This document shows, one piece after another, positions 49,777-63,504 of a DNA stretch of 64,000 nucleotides; within the stretch, counting starts at the first letter, position 1; each line of letters begins with the position of its first letter. Source of the DNA: Podarcis bocagei (lineage: Eukaryota); NCBI GenBank assembly GCA_964188305.1, contig OZ076886.1; one strand, 5' to 3'. A program made the translations under genes and the position numbers. The notes under the pieces were generated by a model that was not told where the DNA came from, searched no databases, and saw only the letters and a list, made by a program, of their open reading frames with translations.

Positions 49777-50728
49777 CAGTGGCGTAGCGTGGGGGGTGCC
49801 AGGGGTGCCAGCCGCACCGGGCGCAACATTTTGGGGGGCGCGTTTGGCCGGCCCCCCTCAAGGAAGCGGGAACCTCTCCAAGGCACAGCGTGCCGTCGGT
49901 AGAGGAAAAAAGCCGAGCAGCAGCAGCAGCAAAGTCGGGAGGAGGAGGAGGTGGAGCGAGCCTGCTAATTCCTTGCAAAGTCGGGAGGAGGAGGTGGTGG
50001 AGCGAGCCTGCTAAGAATTCCTCGCAGCTGGCCATCCAACCTCCAGCGAAGGAGGGCCCCGCTCCACCTTCCGAGGGAGCCTGCTAGGACCCCCGGCTCC
50101 CTGCAGGTGGCTCACAACCCCCGCTAGCCCGGCCGGGGCTCGGGGAGGATGGGAGCCGCCTGCTGGGCTGGCACAGCTGCGTGTGAAGGCGCGGAGGGAG
50201 GCGCTCCCAGGGCTGCCGGCGGCCTTTCCCCGCACGCGAAGGAGCAAGGGCGGCGGCGAGGCTGCGCAACAGCCGCTGCGTGAGAACGAGCCCTTGCCCA
50301 GCCCGGGGGACGATCCGGAGGCCCTCTCCGAGCGCGTCGCGTGTAGCCAGCCTGCCAGCCTGCCTGCCAGGGTGGAGCAAAGCGGCGGAGTGGGGAGAGG
50401 TTGCCCTTCTTCGCACGCACCCCCCCCGTCACGCCTTAAATCCACCCTCCCACAAACTAGGAGCGAGCAGCTGAGAGGGAACAGCTGAGAGCCACGAGCA
50501 GCTTTTTCTGAAAATGCCCTTTAAAAAAAATAAAATCCTAAAATTTATAAACCGCTTGACAGCTACAAAAGCGGTTTGCCAAGAGAATAAAACTGCCAGG
50601 AAACAGTGGTGTAGCGTGGGGGGTGCAGGGGGGGCCGGGGGTTAGGGTTAGGGGGCGCAAATCCACGGGTTAGGGGGCGCAAATTACTTGCCTTGCCCCG
50701 GGTGCTGACAAGCCACGCTACGCCACTG
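49777..50728. mobile_element. Composite non-autonomous hAT-type element (952 bp) with GC-rich cargo and a second internal left end at 50604
   Basis: TIRs CAGTGGCGTAGCGTGG / CCACGCTACGCCACTG; perfect 8-bp TSD TTTGGAGT at 49769-49776 and 50729-50736. Confidence 0.92.
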
Positions 50729-53700
50729 TTTGGAGTGCACCATGTTGACTAACCCTGAGCTAGAGCTCTCAGTGGTCTGACTAGATATGAGGCAGCTTCC
50801 ATTCTTATGTTCCCTTACTGGACTATATTACATTACTGTTGCACCCTGCGAAGTTACACTTTGCCATGTTTCTTCCTATCTCTTTTTGAAGCCCTCTGGA
50901 AGTGAAGACCTTTGAAGTCCACAGGATTCACAGCAAGATTTGGGGAGTAATGGAATGGTCTTCCCAGGAAATATGTGAAATCTTTTGAATGGGAGGTTTT
51001 GAAGCTGAAACCAGATGGGCATTTGTTGGGGCTGTTGTTGATCTAGAGGAGTGGAAGGTAAGTCCAGTTCATGAAGGTCTAAGAAAGTCAATGATGGTAT
51101 GATCCAAGGTTTCTGTGCTTTCCCATGCATATGAGTGTTTGTTCTTCTCTCCTTTATGACATGGCTGTTTGGATGGACCAGAATATAGGCGCTGAAGCAC
51201 TAGAGAATCTTTTTATCATTGCCACTATGAAATCCACTATAAACATTAAAACCCAGATAAATTACAAAAAGCCCAGCCAACCAATCCCAGTAGCTAAAAT
51301 CAGCATAAACCAAAGCAAGGAGAATGTTGGTTCAAAACCTGAAGCCCCTGATAGAATGTCATTAAAAGTCCTGAAAGAACAAAGAAGTCTTCATTTGTCT
51401 AAAAGACCATAGAGAAAACCATAGAGAAAGACCATGTCAGGCAACCCTTGAGGCCCTTTCCCTTGCATCTGTCCATCATAAATCGTTAAATAATTTTAAA
51501 GTATCTTATTCATATTTTGAGCTATTTTTGCACATTCCAAAATTTGGTTATTGTTCCAAATTTAAATTGAAACAATTTATGAACAGTTATGTAAAGCAGT
51601 TGGGCAAATTTGCTCATACCTATTGGTGACACCACCACACTTGAAACATTATTGGAACTTCCATTGTCTTTTGCTAGTCCTGCTCCTTCTCCTTCTCATG
51701 TCCCATCAAAAAAGGTAATGTATGTAAAAGGGTTCATCTAAATTGCATGGACACTTTGATTAGTCCCTAAGCAATTCTGCACATTAGCAGTATGAACTGA
51801 TTTCAGCAGCACATTTCTCCAAAAGCATTTTCTTTCCTCTGCCTGTATAATTTTCATGCATCCTACAAATGTAATGTGTGAAGGAGCCTGCAGTTGAGTC
51901 CGCAATTACCCTTCATATTACCCAGCCTCCACCCAAGGAGACTACAGTGAAACGCCAATGCCTGTTGGAAATAGTGCAATATTCATTTAAACCATATGAG
52001 ATTAGTACTTTGTAAGTACCTTAAAGCCCCTACCCCCAGCTTCCTTTATCTCTTTTGGCTTTAATTCTGCCCCCCCCCCCAACAATTGACCTTTCTGACC
52101 ACTTAATCTTCACGTTTGTAGCTAGCAAGCTGACTGCACTGCCAGTGGAACAAGATACAAGTGGATGTTCTTAGATGTCAAAGAAGAAGGGAATGATCTG
52201 CTGACATGACAGTCTTTGCTCAGCAAACATAACTGGCAGAAAGTATAAATCAAACACTTTATAATCAGACTTCTAGGCAGATATTCTTTGTGAGCTGCCA
52301 ATCATTTGACAGCACAGGAAATTCTTGTTGATGAAGCACAAATGAAAATGGATAGTCCTTAAGAAAAGTCACCTCTTTGCTGACTTCCGACGTTCTTCCA
52401 AATGTAGGAGATTGCCATGAGTGAGGAAGTTAGTTTGATGACTTCAGAGTATGAAAGTTGGCTCTTTGAAATTTCCAGGCATGTGGTTGCCTGATGGCCA
52501 GAGGTGGGAAACCTGTGGTCCTCCAGATACTACTAAACTACAACTCCCATCATCCCTTGCCATTGGTAATACAGTAGCTCCTGCGGTAGAATATGCAATG
52601 CAATTTTGTGTTGATTTGACCTATTTGTTTTATTCCCCCTTTTCTGGCTTTATGTGAGATGTGCCAGGAACAGCACATGAAGCAGCAAAGGAAACTTCAG
52701 GTAAAGGGGAAAACAAGAGGGGGGAAAGCTTTTCCTCTTCCATGAACAACAAGCTTCAGTAGATCACTAGCATTTCAATGAATCCAAAGTTTGTGGAACA
52801 GCTACTCTGGATCCAAGCCATTGAATTTATGTAAAAGATTTCCTACCTTTTTATACAAGCAGTTCTAGCTTTTATCTGTAAGCTGCCTCAAGTCCCATCA
52901 GGGGGGAAATGGGGAATAAATAAATAAGTAATAGTGAGGTGAAATTTGTATAATTTTTGACATCTACATGACCCAAAGTTCTCATCCTAAATAGCCATAT
53001 TCAATTTTAATTGCCCCCTCCCCAAATGAAGATGGATGAGTGGTTATAAGGGCTGCAATGTAGCTAACAAAGATGTTCAACAAGCATCAAAGAATCAGAA
53101 TTTCTAGCTCCTGCTTTGACAGGCAGCCATGGAAAACCCTGAACTGTCTTGCCAATTTGGATGACACCACCCTGGCTCAGCATGCCCAGTCAACAAGGTT
53201 GCTGTTCTATGCTGTTCTTCACCTGCCCACCTTAAATGTGACCCAAGGGGACCCTGTCTGCTCCAGCCCAACCCTACTGAACATGGAGGATGGTATTTGG
53301 GAAGAAGACCAGATGCCTGACATCAAATGAGATAGCAAGTAGCAAGCTGCGGTAAGCACCTGTTTAATTCAGAACGTCTGGTAAACAAAAAGGCAAAACT
53401 AACGGACACTTTGAATGTCGCTGATTAAATCCAGTAATATACACATGCATTATTCCCAAGCTATTAACTTTCTGACACAGCTTAAATTGCCATAAATTAA
53501 ATCTGCATGAATGATTTAGACCCCTGTAGTGCAAAATGTTAAGGAATGATAACAGGGTTGACAGTATATTGAAGCCAAGGGTGAAATCTGCTTCTTGGAA
53601 AATGCTTCTTGAAAAATGGGTTTCATTCCAAAAAAAATAAAAGCCGATTGATTCTGCATTACCCTGCAGTGTATCCTTTTGCAAACAGATGACAATTGAT

Positions 53701-53989
53701 GTAGTCAGTCCTGACAATGAGGTGTGCGTCCGCAGCTGCCCAATGACGTTGCGGGATCACAACCACTCCACATGGAGGGATCACAATCACGCCTTCCTTC
53801 TTCATTCACCTGGGGCATGTGCAGAGAGGAAAAGGTATGGATAACCAAACCAAGGGAAGAATTTTCACATGGGCATCAAGTAACCACACACATCTTCGTG
53901 AATGGCAAGATCTAGAGTCAAACTGGCTTGAAAGCAGCATGCTTAGGATGAGCACGAATGAATCGAAATAGATTAGTTTGTGTGCCACC

Positions 53990-54210
53990 ATAGAACATGA
54001 TGGCCATGTTTAGCTGCACTCTCCGCTACCAGAGGAGCATTCCTCCAATGTCAGTATGCCTCCAAATAGCAGTTGTTGTGAATTACAAATAGGCCAGAGT
54101 TCTAATTGCATTCTTGCAGGATATCCATTGGCATCTGTCTGGCCACTGTAATAATACAAAGCTGGACTAGGCAGATCTTTGGCCCAATCCGGTGGAGCTC
54201 TTCTTATGCA
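53990..54210 (+). mobile_element. CR1 LINE 3' end remnant; another near 30725-30855
   Basis: GGCATCTG..TGGCCACTGT...GCTGGACTAG...TTTGGCC..ATCC.G...GCTCTTCTTATG. Confidence 0.55.
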
Positions 54211-54851
54211 GTCTATAAAATTCCTAATTCAGCTGCTCCTTACATAGCTCTTGTTTTCTCTTTCTGGAAGCCATGGTGATCTCATATTTCTTTACTTAGA
54301 AGAGAAGCAATAAAGCAACAGGGGGAAGCAATGAAGATAATAAAGAGGTATTCTAACTCTACCCCATGCCCATGAAAATATTAGTAATTAACCCATTTAT
54401 TTATTTTATTGCTTTCTGGAAGCCAATGAGAATACAAGGAGATTTGGGATGCCTCTCCCTTTCTCTCCCTCTCCTCCAACCCCTTTCTTTTGTCATCCTG
54501 GGAGTCCTCTCTTACTGTGTTGTTCCCCACCTAAATTCTGTTATAGCTGGCAGAATTTCTCAAATTCCTGCCAAGACTGAAGCACGCAGAATTTGCAGCT
54601 GTTCATTTGCATCTTTCCCCCCCATTTGCACTACCAGTATTCATGCCCACATGATAAAAACTCTGCAAAGAATGTGATCCTCAGCTGATCGCATGTATTA
54701 AAGATTCTTTATTACATGTACTTTTGTCAAAGTGAAATGGCACGCAGAGAATTCAGGACAATTAGTAGTAGCAGCAGTAGCAGCAGCAGCTGTATTTATT
54801 TAAAAACAGAACGGATAATCTCCCAATCTATACTGTCCTCCTACTCCTGGG

Positions 54852-55132
54852 CAGTGGTGAAGCTGCACACACTGCTACCAGGGGCAGAGAGCAGGTGGGG
54901 ACATGGCTGTCACCCCCCAGGGCGTGACATGCCTCCTGGGGGTGTGGTATGCCACCCGCAGGGTCATGGTGCATGTTCTGAAGGTGTGTGATGCATCGCC
55001 TGTGGGGGTGTGGCACCCAGCGTGCATGGGGGGTGCACAGTGCATGTCCAGGGGGCGCCACGATGGCACCCTACCAGAATAGTGGTGCTGGGGGCGGTCC
55101 ATTCCCTCCACACTCTCATTCCTCAGCCAGTG
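54852..55132. mobile_element. Diverged hAT-type MITE
   Basis: CAGTGG... / ...GCCAGTG ends; 8-bp TSD CTCCTGGG / ATCCTGGG (7/8). Confidence 0.6.
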
Positions 55133-57389
55133 ATCCTGGGAAGATTCAGGATTTGGAGCAGGGGGAGGGAGAGGGGGAGGCTCCCACCATTCCTCCTCCA
55201 CGGTCCCTGACACCTTTATGGTAACTCTCCCCATGTTCACTTTCCCAGATATGAACTAATTATTAAGCTGGGAAATCAAATCTGAATGTATGCAACAGTG
55301 CAGTGGGTGGAAACAATTTTCTCTCCAAAGGCTAAGGACGGAACAAGAGCCCCCAAACCCTACTTGCTCCCCTGCTTTAAGGTAACTGTCGAATCCTTCA
55401 TCATATTAAATCCAGCAGGCGGGCAGGCTGCTGCAAATGCTGTCCTGAGGGGTCTGGCCCCCTTAAATAGGCACAGACACACAAGCCCTCATTTTCTGGG
55501 TTACATGAGGACTGCATGGAAGTCTAGCCAAGCATGCTGCACTCTCTAGGGGGTGAAGCAAATGCACCCCCCTCCCCAACTGGAAGGTCAGAGAACAGTA
55601 TTCCCAATCTGCTTTTCCCCCCTGCAGGCCTCATAATGTGCATCTTGGACCATGGATCTGAGCACCAAAAAAATGCAATTGAAGTACAGATCATGGCAGA
55701 AAATCAGTCATGTTTAAATATCAGAACACACTTCAAAACTAATAGCCTCTGATGTTATGTTTGCATACATACACTGGTAATGCCGCAGATTTTTAACAGA
55801 GATCAACAACAAAGGCAAGAACAAGCAAAAGATTAATTTTAATAAATAAAACAGCATCCTTTTCAAAGATCAGCCATCAGAGAAATCATAACAGGATGTG
55901 TGTCCTGTTTTATACAATCAGTTTGGACAATATCCCAGTCTGGATCAATAGATTCATTTTTCTCTAGCCAACATTTCCGCTGCCTTTTATGTGCGAACAG
56001 TCTTTCATAGTAGAATTTGCTCTGGAAGGGGTATACATTTCTGATACTTATGATCTAGGAGCAGATCTGTAAGATTAACAGCATCATTGTCAACACTAAG
56101 TGGAGAAAAGATCAGAGTCGCATGCACACAAAAATGTATATGGAAATATGGTGTGGGATTCAAAATGCCACATGTGAAGTACATGGAGACTTTTAAGCCA
56201 TCCCCTTGAGTCCTTCACAAAGTCATTGCCCAAGCTCAGGGAAACCCTAGAGCAGTATTCTGCAAAAAGACTGCCATCAATGAGTCTCTAGATCACAGTC
56301 ATGAAGTTCTTCCTCTTCTTATGGGTCTTTGGATTCTGTGTTGTCTCTTTGACTCCTATAAGGGCTAGAGAATTGGGGTCTACAAATGGGAAGTCCTGGA
56401 CTAAGGCTGCCACATGAGAATATATTTCACAAGAGACTACAAATAAATGAGACATCTGTTTTATGGAGATCTGGTGCTTAAAATATACACAGTCATGTAC
56501 GAGTTGTCACGTGGAAGTGGGGAGATGCCTGTGCCAACAGCCATGCTTAGGCCCATTAACTCACCAAGAAACTGACCTGGGTATTTCAGCAATTGAATAT
56601 CCCATTAGATTTTACCCTTTGCTGGAACCAGGACCCCAAGAATTGCAAGGGACTCGGGCACCATGCAGGTTAACCCCTCAAACTCACAACAGTATATTTT
56701 GCTTATTGTTCCTCTCACATTCCTTAATATTAAACTGCTGCCTGTTTCAAAGAGTAGCCAACCAGATACCTCTGGGGAGCTTGTAAACAGGATTTGATAG
56801 TGATTGCCATATCCTGCTGTTGTCCCCAGCAGCTGGAAGGCAGAGATATAATGCCTTTTGAACATAGACATTTTAATCAAAGTAGGCAGTAAGAAAAGCT
56901 TTTGCAGCTGGCTGAAAAAGCCTTGGGTGTTCATTTTGTATTGGTTTTAAACCAATATAATCTTCAGATTCTTGGGGTGCTGTACTTATGGTATGTACAT
57001 GAATTGCCTTGAGACATGTGTGAAATGTGATTCATAAATTAATAATAATAATAATAATAATAGATGCAGTGTTGTTCAATCCTTTAAAAAGTATAATAAT
57101 AAATTGTGACATCTGGTGGCAATAAAGTTTGTAAGACTGCATTCTATACCCACTGATTTCAGTGGGACATTTGAGTACAAATTGTAAGTTAATTATAGAT
57201 TGCATGAGCAAGTGCTTTCTTCCTTTGTCCCGTATGATAAGTTTAGTTGCTCTGTTCTGCTTCCATCAGGAATATCCAGTGTGGTGCCCCCAGGATATTG
57301 CTCCCATAATTTCTGACTATTGGCCATACAAGTTGGAGCTAATGGGAGTTGGAGTTCAATGTACTGTACAATGTAACTATCCCTGAGGG

Positions 57390-57443
57390 GTGTGCATGTG
57401 TGGGTGGGTGGGTGTGAGTGTGTGTGTGTGTGTATGTGTGTGT

Positions 57444-57494
<51 letters not shown>
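57390..57494. repeat. Compound (TG)n-(CA)n-(TA)n microsatellite
   Basis: Direct observation. Confidence 0.9.
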
Positions 57495-58631
57495 CAGCTT
57501 TATGCAGGGCAGTCAGTTCTACACACATTATTTCAGAGTTCTCTTTAAGTTGCAGCCTTATGTTTAATAAAACTGGGGCCCTAGTTTAGTTCATATTGTG
57601 TCTTCACTCTGGAATTGGACAAAGAGTTCTACACACTGTCACTCATCAATGTGTATCACATTACGTTAGTTGTACCTTTGTGTGACTTATTTCTTGAAGA
57701 CATATGCTGAGTTTCAGGTCGGAAATAAAATGGAAGCTAATGTGAAAGTCAACTTGAAATATTTTACTTCTAGGACACAAGAAGTTGAGGATGGGGAACC
57801 TGAGGCCCTCCATGTGTTAGACTACAATTCTCATCATTTGTGTCCACTGACCAGGCTGGCTGCAGCCGATGTTGTAACTACATCAGCAAAGCCACAAGTT
57901 CACCAACTTTAATACAAGTAAGATAGGTATCCCCCCCCCCCCGCATTTTTAAAAAGATTGACATAATGCCATGTAAACTAAGGACACTTAAATAAACAAT
58001 TCATTCCCCCGCCCCCAAGTAGAGATGATTTAACAGACACAGATTGCCCTGTTATTGTGGCACCTATAGCATGCAGTGGATAACATATAGGAGTGACCAT
58101 TAATTATATTTTGCCCCATATCAAAGGAAGATGCATTAAAACATTCAAGCTCAGCATAATGACCCTGGAGAGATATAAGTGAGTGCTGATGCAAAGAGAT
58201 AAAGTTTTGTGATTGTGATCTAAGAGAAGGGGTAGTGATATTTTGCTGACATAGATGCAGTCTAGAAAAAGTTAGTGGCATCCTGCCATGGTATTTAAAG
58301 ATGCTCATGAAGACTAGGCTGTCAGTCTGGATATTAATTTTCCCTTGTTAAGTGAAAAGCAGGTTTTGTCCTTTGAAAGTTTGAGGATCCCAAAGAAGGG
58401 CCCCTTAATGCTGTTAATATTATGATTCTTGTTGCAAAATATGCATTTAAGTTGAAGAAAAGGATCCTGGTGTTCACCCACTAGATGGAAGTTCCAGCCT
58501 TGGTTCATTTTCTCACATAGGGCTCAATCCTAACCATGGTTGTTGTTTTTTAGAAGTAAGTCCAACTCAATTCAATGGGGCTAACTCCCAAGTAAATGGG
58601 TTTGGATTTTTTTAGGTGGGGGATGAGAGTA

Positions 58632-58873
58632 CAGTGGTACCTCGGGTTAAGTACTTAATTCATTCCGGAGGTCCGTTCTTAACCTGAAACTGTTCTTAAC
58701 CTGAAGCACCACTTTAGCTAATGGGGCCTCCCACTGCCGCCGCACCACAAGAGCACGATTTCTGTTCTCATCCTGAAGCGAAGTTCTTAACCCAAGGTAC
58801 TATTTCTGGGTTAGCGGAGTCTGTAACCTGAAGCGTATGTAAACTGAAGCGTATGTAACCTGAGGTACCACTG
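58632..58873. mobile_element. Tigger/pogo-like MITE
   Basis: TA-CAGTGGTACCTCGGGTTA ... TAACCTGAGGTACCACTG-TA. Confidence 0.9.
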
Positions 58874-61800
58874 TATTTCTTTTTGAATTCTGCAGCTAAC
58901 TGAGCCCCCCCCCCCAAAGTCTAGACAGCAGTCTATACTCATAAAAATACCCTTTTTCTCATGCTTGCTCTTGAAACTCATTAGTTCTTCACAGAGTGGG
59001 CAAATGTCTGGCATAATGGACTTGAACTGGCCTTTGAATGTGATGGTGAGAGGCAGGAGGCAGAGAAAGAGAATGAGCTGTGTGCTTATAATTCAAACTG
59101 CACTTCTCGTCCTTACTTTTACCTCAAGTCTGTCATGAAAACATGGTATTACATAAGTTTAGACATTTGATTTTATGCAAGTTGCTAGTGGCACGGATAT
59201 CCAGGGATGCCACTCTCTGCTTCGGGTTATATATGTATATGGAAATCTCACCTTGAAGGTTAATTCCTATTTGCCCATACGAGTCGACAACTTGGATATT
59301 ATTATATTCTGTTGTGACTTTGGTATGACCTTTTAAACTGTTTGTGAATTGTTAATGAGTCCTCAGCTCCCAAGTGTTGCAAAACCTGATGATAACACTG
59401 TCTGACAGGTACCATACAGAATACTGCATTTGCATTGGAGGATGTGAGCATTTGTTTCCACTGTCATTTCAGGAATTAATGCATTTTTGTTGTAAATCAC
59501 CAGTGGATCTCTGCCAGTTTATATCAAATGAGGATGGGGCGTGAAAAATTAAAGGCCTCTTCAGAGCTGAACTGTAATACAAATTGGACCTCTTTGCTCA
59601 GTAAAGGAACTGTTCGGGATGAAACTAAAAGTGAGGGATGCCGCTGTGGAGATGTTACCACTTCCCTGTGGCTTAAATCTTTGCTGCAGTAGCAAAGCTT
59701 CGGTGAAAGAATCAACCAGGATGAACACATCACATGGAAGGTAGTTACATGAGCACCATTCTTTGGGGGTATGATCTCCTATACCTTTCAAGCATTCTTT
59801 GCCAAAGAATGTCCTGCCTTACCCTTCTGAAACTCTCATAGGTGCATAATATAACTTCGGAGTAGGCCCTGAAATAAGTTCAGCAAAGCATTTGTGCATG
59901 AAACCACATGCAAGAAAGCACATATTTCCTCTGCATGTGATGGAAGAACAAACTGCACACTTGACTCGTGTGTTTGTGTATAAGTTATATGTATGTATTT
60001 AATCTGACACCAGGACTTATGCCATAATAATTACTATTTCAAAAGTATCCAAATACGTAACAGCCCACAGACTAATTCTGGAGAAAGTAATACTTCCATG
60101 ACAATAGATTATACCGCCTGATGGGCTTTCAATAACAATGTTCACAATGTTCTTGGTAGGTGCGGGGGCTGGGGGCAGGAATTAATTATGGCAATGAAAA
60201 CAGACTTGAAGAAAGTGGATTAAAGCTTCTAAAAATTTGAAGTCAAAATGAAGAGAACCCCATCAGCCACTTTCTATTTGAAGTATTACAAAGGTTAGGA
60301 ATATTGTTAGGAATATCGGACTATAGTTTAGATTTTCTTGGTTTTGAATTGTTTTGTTTTGTTTTGTTTTTAGGAGCAGTTTATTAAGACTCTGCATATC
60401 AAAGAAAAATGAGTGAAGAAACAATGAAATCTCAGAACATTTTGTTAAAGCAAATTGCCTTGAAAACTGACATCAGGTGTTGATTTTTCTAAAATGAGTC
60501 CATTGGGTGCCAAGGCCTCATGACCCACAGTTCCCTAGGGGATAATAAACACACAGACACAGGTATTTAGGTTTCTGGGTTCAAATAGGCCACAACTTTA
60601 CTGGTTACAGATGTGAGTGGCTTGGCTTAGGCACCGGGTGAAGCCAGGCTATATCTCGCCTCCCACCCATCTGCAGGGAGTCCAACTAAGGGTAAACCAC
60701 TAATAGGGGGAGCCCTATGACTTACACAAAATAGGGGCACCCCAAGGGGTCACTGTTGGGGTCATGGCATGGCCCTAGCCCATGTCTGGGCGTTGGACAG
60801 GATCCACACCCCTGGATCCCTTTAACAGGATCCCTTTTATGAGGAGGGGCAGGTGGAGGCTGCAACCTCCCCTCCATCCAAACAAAGGCTTACCCAATGC
60901 CTAGCCTCACAAAGTTGTGGCAATTGCTACAAGGTAAGCAAAAACCAAATGGCTGGTGCCTAGTGGAAAAAAATCCTACCTGGCCCCAACAATATGGCAG
61001 CCGACATTTGTCCATAGCAAGGACATGTCATAGCAAAACATAAAAAAGAGGACAGGTGAGTTGGGAGATCAGGCAAAGGGCACAAGAAAAGGGCTTCTTG
61101 GCCACACCATGGTTTAAGTTTCCCATGCCCATGCCTCCCGCCAACTGGACAGTGGGGCCACCCCTGGGCAGAGCCCCGCCCAGTGCCAGGGATGTAGCCC
61201 AGATGGTGATGAAGGCGTCAATCTCTGCTCCCCGCCAGATCACTGCAGGGATCCCGATGACTGGCTGCAACGCCGCCCACCCAAAAAGGTGAGCGGACTT
61301 ATTAACTGATCTCCTCCTTCCTTGCTTATATATATATTTGATATATCTTGGTATATTTTAAGGCACTCTAAAAGCACTTGCCATGTGCAGTGTATAAATT
61401 TTAAATGGCAATAGTACTACTACTACTAATACACGATAGACAATAATAATAATGGGTTATATTCAACTCACTTTTCCCAGAGCAGACCCTGTGAAATAAT
61501 GAAACCAAGTTAGTCATGGTCCTTAATTTCAATGTTTCTACTCTGAGTAAAAGCTACCTGAATATTTCTTAAGCTTGCCTTGAATAGCACTAGCAGTAAT
61601 AATAGTACTAGATGATAACGATAATAATATTTCTTAAAGTCCCATTTATTTGCTGCATACATTTTAAAAATGCCCGCAGGCTTACAGAAAGAAAATGAAT
61701 GAAGGGAAGAAATTGAAAATAAACTCACACAATCAGTCCTAAGCTAACTGAAGAAAATAAATTATGAATAAGTAAATAAATAACAGAGCACTCCTAAATC

Positions 61801-62049
61801 CTGATCAGCATGTCTAGATGGAGTTAAGATTCAGGGGGATGTGTGCCTCCCCAGTCTCTGGCATCACAAAGACCTCCACTGCGGCTGCTGAAAGTGTGGG
61901 TAGCGGAGAAACTACCACTTGTGGTGTTCTAAGTGGTAGGCGCCAGCATCGGGCTCTGGAATAGTGGGCAGAGCAGTGTTGGAACAGAGAAAGCTATGAA
62001 TCCACTGGGTCCAAAGCTGCTGCACAGGGAAACGCCTTCTGCTCTGGTC

Positions 62050-62088
<39 letters not shown>

Positions 62089-62102
62089 ACACACACACAC
62101 AC
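62050..62102. repeat. (CA)n microsatellite
   Basis: Direct observation. Confidence 0.95.
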
Positions 62103-63142
62103 GGCTTCAGATGTGGCAGTGGCTCTGCCACTTCTGCAAGGCAACCCCAACAGTCTTTCCCTCTATTAGAGTTGTGCTTGTGGCTTTTGTTGTTGCTGTC
62201 ATAAAGCAGGACGTAAATATATATACACACGATTAACCTGTAAGACTCCTTTTTTCTCCTTTAGACTGCAAAATGTTGGCAATACTTTCCATTGCAGACA
62301 TAAAGATTTTGCTCCTTGTTTTTGAAAGCTCAGTCAAGAAAGCTTCAGCTGCAACCAGATAAGCAGCTGACTGAACCTCCCAGTCACGTTTCCATCAGAG
62401 CACGGTCATCAGGCTGGGTCTAGTATTCAGGTTTTCTATGTATGATTCCTTCTTCTTGTGAATTCTCATACTGCAAAAGAGTGGACCAGAGATCCTCATC
62501 ACATTGGTTTTAGCTACTGTTTCCAGTAACTGTAATACTTCACTAATATAAAAAGAGCCCTTGAGACTAATTTAGGAAGAATGAGATCTCATTAATGTGC
62601 TAGCCTTCGAATTTTAGAATACAACAGTCTCCTCTGAAACCAGGACTCAGCTGTACAGGGAGACTCTTGTTATTTAGATGCATGAGCATGTGAAACTTAC
62701 ACGTGCAGGTCCACGAGGATAGCGTAAGATAGAGGCTAAGAATGAGTGGAAGACCATTTGTGCAACATTGAATTCAATGGGACTTGCTCTCAGTTAAATG
62801 CAAAAAGAAAAAAATGGATTGCAGTATGTGAAAAACAACATGCAAAGAGTTGTTGAAAATCCACAACTGGGACCCTGGCTCTCCTTTAAAATACCAACTT
62901 TGCAATGAGCTCACTAGATGTACAGTGATTATTATTTTTCAGACTGAAATAACTTAAAAGCAATGGTCATAAGTCGGCCTCATTTTAAATTAATGGTTAG
63001 GCATGAGTCAGTGCTGCAAAATAATAGATGCATCACTCCAGAGAACCTCAGCTGACATAATGGCTCCAGGAAAATGTCTGAAGTCTTTGGTGCTTTGAAA
63101 ACCCAAATGATGTACCTACAATTTCACATATCTCATGGAAGG

Positions 63143-63201
63143 TTTCTTTTCTTTTCTTTTCTTTTCTTTTCTTTTCTTTTCTTTTCTTTTCTTTTCTTTT
63201 C
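63143..63201. repeat. (TTTTC)n microsatellite
   Basis: Direct observation. Confidence 0.95.
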
Positions 63202-63504
63202 TTCTGCAGCTCCCAACAGTACTCAAGAGGTAGGCTGTGAGGAGGTGTTTCTCTTGACTTGAATCAACACTTTTAGTCTCAAGTGCCTGCCTGTTTGCCT
63301 GAATCACTAAGGTTCAAAGGCCACTGCAAGCATTGTCTTTATTTCCTTACCTACCTAGTTGGCTCCTTTGATCGGATACTAGTAGCGACCTTCCAAGAAA
63401 TAAAATATTCCATGTAGGGTTTAGGCAATGGAACCACTAAGTTTTGTGCACTGCTTAGGTAAGATGCCCTCTGTGAGCACCTGGCTGGATCCCTTCTCTT
63501 TGAT

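Noticed and set aside
49715-50488. Cluster of 60-144 aa ORFs as a host gene first exon
   Set aside because: They lie inside a TSD-bounded transposon and are low-complexity products of high GC content.
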